From positions 1 through 64,000 of the IMG/VR virus record IMGVR_UViG_3300031673_008942: DNA of 64,000 bases, one strand, 5' to 3'. The position numbers and the translations under genes are program-made. The notes beneath the pieces were generated by a model. The model ran no database searches. It was not told the origin of the DNA and was given only the letters and a program-made list of their open reading frames with translations. Source of the stretch: a virus. Positions within the stretch are counted from its first letter, which is position 1. The number at the start of each line of letters is the position of its first letter. Positions 57,326 through 64,000 of the stretch are shown piece by piece.

Positions 57326-59029
57326 GGTATATCTGCATCAGTTATTGTAAAAAATGAGGAAGAAGTTCTTCCAAGAATGTTGGAATGTGTAAGCAAATGG
57401 GCAGATGAAATAGTAATCGTTGATACGGGCTCAACTGATAGAACCGTAGAGATTGCTCAGGCTCATCCGAAAGTGAGGTTTTTCTATAGTAATTTTTTTA
57501 ATAAGGATACTGATATTTCTGATTTCCAATTTAATGTAGCTAAGAATGAAGCCATTGATAGGTGTAGGGAGGATTGGATTTGTTGGTGGGATGCTGATGA
57601 TTTTATTGATGATGAGAATGCTTTTAAGATAAAGTCTCTGGCTCAAGGGGCACCAATTGCTCCTTCTTTATATACATTTGAGATGAGGTTTGAAGGGATG
57701 ATTTTTGAGCATTGTCGTCTTTTTATGAATGGTTATAATATTCGATTTGATGAGCATCATTCATGTCATGAATATTTAAATACATTGGGTCATCCTCATC
57801 ACCATCGACGGGATATTGTGATTCAGCATCGACCTGGTAAAAATCATAGTAATAGTGCCACAAGGAATCTTAGTATTCTGGAGAAGGATTATTATAAAAG
57901 AGGGTATGATGACCAGAGAACATTGTTTTATTTGGCAAATAGTTATAGGGAAAGCGGTAAGCCGGAGAATGCTATTGGATTTTATGATAAGTATTTGAAG
58001 ATAAGCCAATGGCCAGAGGAGCGATTTTTTGCGAGACTTTATAAGGGCGGTTGTTTCCGAGCTCTTAATAAGCAAGTGGATGCTAGAAGGGAGTATTTAC
58101 TTTGTTTGATTGAGGATTTTCGTTTTGCGGAGCCTTATGCCATGTTGGGGGATATCTCTTTAACGGAGGGGGATTTAAATCGTGCTGAACACTGGTATAA
58201 GATGGCCTTGGCAACACCATTCCCTACTGATTCCAGGCTATTTGCTGTGGGTCAAATGTATGATTCTTATCCCAAGGGGCAATTGGAGTTGGTTTACAAA
58301 AAGCGAGGAGATAAGCCTTCTGAACCAAATGTTCCAAATCCTTATGGAGTGTCTCCGAAAGATAATTCAGTGTCTGATTCTCGCCCTGTGGTGAAATATG
58401 ACCTTCCTGAGGATAGGCGTGAGATGTTTCTGGCATTATCGGCTTTTGAGATATTGAGTGCGTGTAACGGGGTGTTGGTGGAGGTGGTATGTCCTGATGA
58501 GTTTTCTAAAGAGATTGCTGAAAGGGCATCATGCGTGAAGGTCTCTCAAGGAGAGGGCATGAAAGTCGGATTGCCTACAGATTTGAAAGATAAACATGGT
58601 GTGGAGTGGATGTGTCGGTCGGCAGGAATGGTGCCGAAGGGTATAGGTTCATTCTCATTGAATGGTAAATGTGCCCCAACTAAGAATAAGGTAGTAATTC
58701 AGCGTGGTCCTCAATGGGGGGAGGAAAATTGGAATCAATTACGAAATGAATTGCAAGATGTTAATATTGTTGATGTTACTGGTCGAGATGGGAGTTCGGT
58801 TGTTCACGAGATGGAGGATGCTCATTTGTTTGTGTGTGAGGGGGATTGGGGGCAACATTTGTCTAAAGCGATGGGTGTAGATACGGTGGTTCTATGGGGC
58901 GATTCTATGCCAGAGCAGAATGGATGGTTTGACCAAGAGAATATGGTTCATCCAAGAAATGGTAAATTAAATCTTATATCTCCCTCTTCTATAAAAGACT
59001 GTATTGAAAGGAGGTTGGATTATGCCTAG
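57323..59029 (+). CDS. GT2 glycosyltransferase with TPR repeats and C-terminal GT9-like domain
   Basis: IVKNEE..L, IVDTGSTDRT, WDADD, HEYL, LFYLANSY; HLSKAMGVDTVVLWG. Confidence 0.85.
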   Translation: MGISASVIVKNEEEVLPRMLECVSKWADEIVIVDTGSTDRTVEIAQAHPKVRFFYSNFFNKDTDISDFQFNVAKNEAIDRCREDWICWWDADDFIDDENAFKIKSLAQGAPIAPSLYTFEMRFEGMIFEHCRLFMNGYNIRFDEHHSCHEYLNTLGHPHHHRRDIVIQHRPGKNHSNSATRNLSILEKDYYKRGYDDQRTLFYLANSYRESGKPENAIGFYDKYLKISQWPEERFFARLYKGGCFRALNKQVDARREYLLCLIEDFRFAEPYAMLGDISLTEGDLNRAEHWYKMALATPFPTDSRLFAVGQMYDSYPKGQLELVYKKRGDKPSEPNVPNPYGVSPKDNSVSDSRPVVKYDLPEDRREMFLALSAFEILSACNGVLVEVVCPDEFSKEIAERASCVKVSQGEGMKVGLPTDLKDKHGVEWMCRSAGMVPKGIGSFSLNGKCAPTKNKVVIQRGPQWGEENWNQLRNELQDVNIVDVTGRDGSSVVHEMEDAHLFVCEGDWGQHLSKAMGVDTVVLWGDSMPEQNGWFDQENMVHPRNGKLNLISPSSIKDCIERRLDYA

Positions 59030-59489
59030 TTTAGCGTTTTACAATAATACGCCACAGCCAGTGTGTGATTTTATAGGTATTTTGATAGCAGAGACAAAAC
59101 TTTGTGGAATAATAAATAACTGTTCAAGGAGGCAACCGATGCCATATACGCCTATTGATTTATATAAGGACAATGATAGAAGGTTACGAGTTTTCATTAA
59201 AGATGGTAATCTGAATGTTGTTGATGTAACGAATGCTGTTGGAATTTTTACTGTTAAGGATACCAAAGAAGATGCTATCATATTTCAGAAGAGTACTGCG
59301 GTTCCATCTGAGGGGGCGATTGGTTCTGGAGATGAGGGGGAAATGTTTTTCTATATTGTCCCTTCGGACACCACTTCTTTGACTGGGGGAGGTCAATATG
59401 TATATGATGTTCAGGTTACATTGGATACGGGATTGGTCTATACCACGGTAGAGGGTGTTATCAATCTTCTTCAGCCGGTTAATCCTTAA
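59022..59489 (+). CDS. BppU-like Ig-fold baseplate/virion protein
   Basis: PSDT..L..GQYVYDVQV...G.VYT.VEG; GGAGG RBS. Confidence 0.6.
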   Translation: MPSLAFYNNTPQPVCDFIGILIAETKLCGIINNCSRRQPMPYTPIDLYKDNDRRLRVFIKDGNLNVVDVTNAVGIFTVKDTKEDAIIFQKSTAVPSEGAIGSGDEGEMFFYIVPSDTTSLTGGGQYVYDVQVTLDTGLVYTTVEGVINLLQPVNP

Positions 59490-59513
59490 ATTTTACTCCA
59501 ATTGATTAATTTT

Positions 59514-59552
59514 AAAGAGCGTTTAGGGGTATAATTCCTTAGACGCTCTTTT
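59514..59552 (+). terminator. Terminator ending the structural region
   Basis: AAAGAGCGTTTAGGGG...CCTTAGACGCTCTTTT. Confidence 0.75.
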
Positions 59553-59570
59553 ATTTAAATTCGGGATTGT

Positions 59571-61316
59571 ATGGCATATTTTAAGATTGACAAGGGTTTG
59601 ATTAAGTTTCATGACGTATACAAGGTGAGGCGGAAGATTCAGGAGGTCGGCGGGGTTTTCCGTGCTGATGAGAGTGTGTGGGTTCTCGCTTTTACCATAG
59701 AGAATTTAGAATTTGTTATTGATGAGATTCCTAATCTTTTTGTGCCAGACGGAATTGATGAGCTTGTTATTAATCAGCAGAAGAAAGAGAGGAAGCTTAC
59801 TGAACTTAAGAAGGCTGCCAAGGATAATATCGAGATAAGACTGAAGATTCCTGGATTAAAGGCTATTTTGTATCCCTATCAGAAAATGGGAGTGATGTAT
59901 AGCCTTGTTAGTGGAAGTGGTATGCTGATAGCAGATGAGATGGGTCTTGGGAAGTCTTTTCAAGCATTAGCATTGGCATTGATGTTAAAACATCAGGGAA
60001 GGGCAAAGAGCGCATTGTTGGTAACGCCTGCTTCTTTGAAGTTTAACTGGCCTTTAGAGATTGAGAAATTTACTGATGAAAAATACGTAGTGATTGATGG
60101 AACCCCGGAGCAACGTATTGCTCAGTGGTTGCGGAAAGATGTGTTTTTTTATGTGGTGAACTATGAATTACTTTTGGAGGATTTATTTGGTGGCAAGGAA
60201 CCAAAGGAAAAGGATGATGAAACTTCAGAGCAAAGAGTGCGAAGAGAGAAGAGGCAATCCAAAATAGCAAAAAGGGAACGGATACTTTCTCCTTTGAGGG
60301 ATAAAGTGTGGGATTTCATATCGGTAGATGAGATACATAATATAAAGAATCCTGGAAGTAAGCGAAGTAAGAATATTAAGAGTTTGAAGGGTGATTTTAG
60401 GATTGGCTTATCGGGCACTCCTTTGGATGGGAAGTTGGAAGAGTTGCATAGTGTTATGGAGTTTATTATGCCGGGATTATTGGGAAGCCGAACTCGTTTT
60501 CTTCAGAAGCATGCTGTTACTAATTGGAGTGGGGATGTTGTTTCCTATAAGAATATAAATGAGGTTAGTGAGAAGATTGCTCCTTTCTTTATTAGGAGGC
60601 TGAAGAAGAATGTTTTGAAAGACCTGCCTGACAAGATATATGAGAATAGGATTATTGAGTTAAGCCCGGCTGAGAGAAAAATATATAATGATATTAAGAA
60701 GAAGAGACATGAGATAACGGAAGATGCGGAGGCCATGGTTCTGACGATTAGGTGTAAGCAATTTCTGGACAGTCCTGAGTTAATTGAAGAGGAGGGTGAG
60801 TCTTCCAAATTAGAGTCGTTTAAGGAGGTAATTCAGGAAGTTGTTATAGAGAATATGCACAAGGTTATCATTTTCAGCCAGTATAAAAAGATGACTGATA
60901 TTCTTGTAAGAGTATTAGAAGAAATGGGTTTGAAGTGTCTTTACATTCATGGAGAAGTTCCTAAGGCTAAGAGAGCTCAGATGCAGGAGCAGTTTAATAC
61001 GGATGATTCAATTGACTGTATTATAGGGACGGAAGCGATGTCCACAGGGCTTAATTTTATTGGGGGCGATATCGTTATTAATTATGATGATAATTGGGCT
61101 CCTGCCATTATGCGTCAACGTGAAGACCGTGCTCACAGAATTGGTCAAAAGAATACAGTAACTGTAATAAATTTCATTTGTCGTGATACAATAGAAGAGC
61201 GTATTCGAGAGCGTCTCTATGAGAAGGAAATTGTCTCCAATGAAGTATTGGGGGATGGTTTAGATGAATATGTTTTAAAACGTTTAGGACCAAAAGATAT
61301 ATTAGGACTTTTATAA
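59571..61316 (+). CDS. SNF2-family helicase
   Basis: LYPYQ, ADEMGLGKS, DEIH, LSGTP, QREDRAHRIGQ. Confidence 0.92.
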   Translation: MAYFKIDKGLIKFHDVYKVRRKIQEVGGVFRADESVWVLAFTIENLEFVIDEIPNLFVPDGIDELVINQQKKERKLTELKKAAKDNIEIRLKIPGLKAILYPYQKMGVMYSLVSGSGMLIADEMGLGKSFQALALALMLKHQGRAKSALLVTPASLKFNWPLEIEKFTDEKYVVIDGTPEQRIAQWLRKDVFFYVVNYELLLEDLFGGKEPKEKDDETSEQRVRREKRQSKIAKRERILSPLRDKVWDFISVDEIHNIKNPGSKRSKNIKSLKGDFRIGLSGTPLDGKLEELHSVMEFIMPGLLGSRTRFLQKHAVTNWSGDVVSYKNINEVSEKIAPFFIRRLKKNVLKDLPDKIYENRIIELSPAERKIYNDIKKKRHEITEDAEAMVLTIRCKQFLDSPELIEEEGESSKLESFKEVIQEVVIENMHKVIIFSQYKKMTDILVRVLEEMGLKCLYIHGEVPKAKRAQMQEQFNTDDSIDCIIGTEAMSTGLNFIGGDIVINYDDNWAPAIMRQREDRAHRIGQKNTVTVINFICRDTIEERIRERLYEKEIVSNEVLGDGLDEYVLKRLGPKDILGLL

Positions 61317-62852
61317 ATGGCAAGTTTTGATGATACTAGGGAATTGGAAAGAACATTTCTTAAGCTTCTTATGAAGACTAAGATGATGGCACGGTTAAAT
61401 ATATTTAAGGTGAGGAGGGAATGGTTCACTGGAAAAGAAAGATTGTTCATATGGGAATGTATTAAGAGCACTTTTGATAATTCTAAGAGTATTCTTACAA
61501 GACGTTTATTTTTATATGAGTTGCAGGGACGCATAGATGATGAAAAGGAGAGGGATTATTATGCTTCGGAATGGGAGATGGTTGAAGATACTGAGGTTTT
61601 TGAGGATGCCGATGGGCTGATTAGTCGGCTTAAAGAGGCTGTTATTGGTCGTAGAATAATGGATGCGGCAGAGGAGATGGCTATGAAGCTTGAGTCTGCT
61701 AATATTCAAGAAGCTTTAGAATCTCTTAAAAGGTCGGCAATCTCTATTAACAATGATGGTGGAGATGACCATGAGATTGTTGAGATTACTGATTACCAAC
61801 ATCGTTTGAAGGTTTTACGGGATAAGCAGGAGCATCCGGAGAAGTATTTAGGGATTAAAACTGGCTTTCCTTCATTTGATAGGTGTACTGGTGGTTTGTT
61901 TAAAGAGGAGCTTTTATTGGTAGCAGGTGTAACAGGCTTGGGGAAGTCTACCTTTGTGAAGCAATTACAATATGGAATTATTACCAACAATATAGATAAG
62001 AATGTTTTACATATTGCGAATGAGGAGAGTCAAGACCAAGTAGAAATGAAGTTTGACTCTCTCCTGACGGAAGTCCCCTATTTGGATTATAAGCTTGCTC
62101 GGACTTCTGAGGATGATATTGAGAAGTGGATTGAGACGATGGAGAAGACTCTTAAAAATCCGGGAGTGGGTCGTATTTTCGTAAAAGAGGTTCCTCAGTT
62201 TACTGACGTCACCCTGGTTGAGCAGGCATATAACGAGCTCAAAGAAAAGGGGATTGATATTCATGTTATCATTATTGACCATTTACCCCATATTAAACCT
62301 ATAGGTCAAGTCTGGGGTGAGAACGATGAAAGGGCAAAAGCGGCGGCAGATTGCAAGCAGTTGGCGAAGAATTGTAAATGTTCTGTGGTCATCCCTACCC
62401 AAGCTGCCACAGAAGTAGAGGAAAAACAATCAAAGGGGAAGAGGGCGGGAAGATTAGATGTGTATGGTTCAAAGGGGCAGATACATGTGGCAAATTCTTT
62501 CTTGATGATTACAAAGAGAGGGACTTTTGAAGAGGTTGGTAAACCAGATTATTTATGGGATGTTCATTGGCTTTGCGATATGAAGAAGAATAGAGATGGC
62601 CCTGGGTTCTACTTTGAAGCTCGGCATTATGTTGAGATTGGAAAGGTTGAAGAGATATTAGGTGATAATGCTTTTGATAATTGGGATGATGAGCCAGAAC
62701 CCTCTCCTTCTCCAGAACCCGAAATTTATAATGAAGATGATGGGGAAGCTGAGGATGTTTCTGATAGTGGGGTAAAAATTGATGAGAATGTTCCAGAAAA
62801 ATCCGAGAAAAAAAGTAGTTTTTTGGATAGATTGCCCAAGATTGGCGTATAA
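61317..62852 (+). CDS. dnaB: Replicative DNA helicase (DnaB-like)
   Basis: GIKTGF..D..TGG, Walker A GVTGLGKST, IIIDHL, KNRDG. Confidence 0.88.
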   Translation: MASFDDTRELERTFLKLLMKTKMMARLNIFKVRREWFTGKERLFIWECIKSTFDNSKSILTRRLFLYELQGRIDDEKERDYYASEWEMVEDTEVFEDADGLISRLKEAVIGRRIMDAAEEMAMKLESANIQEALESLKRSAISINNDGGDDHEIVEITDYQHRLKVLRDKQEHPEKYLGIKTGFPSFDRCTGGLFKEELLLVAGVTGLGKSTFVKQLQYGIITNNIDKNVLHIANEESQDQVEMKFDSLLTEVPYLDYKLARTSEDDIEKWIETMEKTLKNPGVGRIFVKEVPQFTDVTLVEQAYNELKEKGIDIHVIIIDHLPHIKPIGQVWGENDERAKAAADCKQLAKNCKCSVVIPTQAATEVEEKQSKGKRAGRLDVYGSKGQIHVANSFLMITKRGTFEEVGKPDYLWDVHWLCDMKKNRDGPGFYFEARHYVEIGKVEEILGDNAFDNWDDEPEPSPSPEPEIYNEDDGEAEDVSDSGVKIDENVPEKSEKKSSFLDRLPKIGV

Positions 62853-62892
62853 TAAAATGATAGTTTAAATGATAAAAATAGGATGATTGAAG

Positions 62893-63840
62893 ATGTCAGA
62901 ACATGTATTGATAACACACCAAAATATTGGTGACTCTTTTAGTGGGGTTTATTATATTGAGCAATTACACATCAGAGAAACTACTGGTGGAAAAGATTTT
63001 ACCGAGCTCATATTGAGAGATAAGAGTGGTTCCCGAAGTGTTAAGTACTGGGGCGTTGTGGGTGGATTGGCCAAGGGTGACTGGGGATTTGTAAGTGCCA
63101 GAGTAGAAGAATATATGGGTGGCCCAAGTATTATTGCTAAGAATTTGGAGAAGGAAGATGCTCCTTCGGATTTGTCAGCGTATGTCCCTGTGTCAGAAGA
63201 CCATGATAAGAATCTTGAAAAGTTTTCTAAGCTAATTGAGGAACTTCGTAAATTGTGTTCGGAGGTTGGTGATAATACGCCACTTATAATTGTGGAGTCT
63301 ATATTTACTGATAAGTTCAGGGCTCAGTTTTGTGATGCCCCTGGCGGTTATGGGTTCTATGGTTGCAAGGGAGGAGCCTTGGCTCGGACGGTTCGAGTTG
63401 GCATGAGTGTGAGATTTTTAAGTGGAAATTATAAGTTGTCTCCTTTGGATAAGGCTATCGCTGTAGCCTCTGCTCTGCTTTATTCTATTGGAGCAGCAGA
63501 GGTTTTCCATATGAAAGATTGTATGCCTGATGAAAAGACTTATGGTGCTCTTTTAGGGGTAGAGGGATATACTAACTCCCGTCTATTATCCGTCTTTAGA
63601 AAATTGGTAAAAGGAGGCGAGGCAGATAAAGACAGTGGCATGCGTGTTTTACATGCTGTTGCATCGGCTCGTGAGACTGCGGTTAAGGCAATGACTAAAG
63701 AAGGAATTATCTTGTCAATGGCAAATCGCATGGATGAAGAGGTTTCAAATGCCTTGAATTTTATTGATGATGATATTAACGAGGAAGAGGACTTTACCGC
63801 TTTCGACCCAAAGAGTAAGCGTCGATACCTCAAGGTATGA
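62893..63840 (+). CDS. YhaM-like OB-fold + degenerate HD-domain protein
   Basis: TTGGKDF.ELILRDKSG...KYW OB fold; HD positions replaced (ALLYSIG). Confidence 0.7.
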   Translation: MSEHVLITHQNIGDSFSGVYYIEQLHIRETTGGKDFTELILRDKSGSRSVKYWGVVGGLAKGDWGFVSARVEEYMGGPSIIAKNLEKEDAPSDLSAYVPVSEDHDKNLEKFSKLIEELRKLCSEVGDNTPLIIVESIFTDKFRAQFCDAPGGYGFYGCKGGALARTVRVGMSVRFLSGNYKLSPLDKAIAVASALLYSIGAAEVFHMKDCMPDEKTYGALLGVEGYTNSRLLSVFRKLVKGGEADKDSGMRVLHAVASARETAVKAMTKEGIILSMANRMDEEVSNALNFIDDDINEEEDFTAFDPKSKRRYLKV

Positions 63841-64000
63841 GTCTTAGCGAACAAGAAATTGCTCGTTACAAAGACATAGAGTGGTTGATGCCTCATGTGG
63901 ACGTGGAGGATGTTCTAGACCGCTTGGGTGTTGAGCATGGACATGAGCGAAATAGCGAAATAATGGCCTTTTGCCCTGACCATGAACATCATACAGGAAA
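63837..64000 (+). CDS. dnaG: DNA primase, N-terminal Zn-binding domain (truncated by window end)
   Basis: ATGA-coupled ORF MSLSEQ...DVEDVLDRLGV...MAFCPDH; follows the helicase. Confidence 0.65.
   Translation, partial: MSLSEQEIARYKDIEWLMPHVDVEDVLDRLGVEHGHERNSEIMAFCPDHEHHTG

Noticed and set aside
1-64000. Alternative genetic code
   Set aside because: TAA, TAG and TGA all terminate well-packed genes, and coding density is high under code 11

Overview
This window is a 64 kb segment of a large tailed dsDNA phage (Caudoviricetes, probably with a long non-contractile tail). It uses the standard genetic code and essentially all real genes lie on the + strand. In order it contains: a giant Gly-X-Gln/Thr collagen-like fibre and other virion proteins; a head module (prohead protease, scaffold, decoration protein, small HK97-fold major capsid protein); a sugar-modification island (DegT aminotransferase, GNAT fusion, LpxA-like acyltransferase, multi-domain GT2/methyltransferase); a stable-RNA/RNA-surveillance module; a spanin-like lysis cassette; putative internal head proteins sharing a helical targeting motif, including a RelA/SpoT-type synthetase; neck and tail genes with three tube-like and three chaperone-like paralogues; a 1998-aa tape measure protein; tail-tip genes; a second collagen-like fibre beside a GT2-TPR glycosyltransferase; and replication genes (SNF2 helicase, DnaB, degenerate YhaM-like protein, start of a primase). 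The most striking element is the module at about 23.5-27.5 kb. It has an rrn-type boxA leader, two tandem ~200-nt Y-RNA-like ncRNAs that share a covarying terminal stem but carry unrelated structured internal domains, a third 76-nt hairpin RNA, tmRNA, a prolyl-hydroxylase-like 2OG-Fe(II) oxygenase, a cold-shock protein, initiator tRNA and a Ro60/TROVE protein. All calls come from reading motifs by eye; no searches or folding programs were run.
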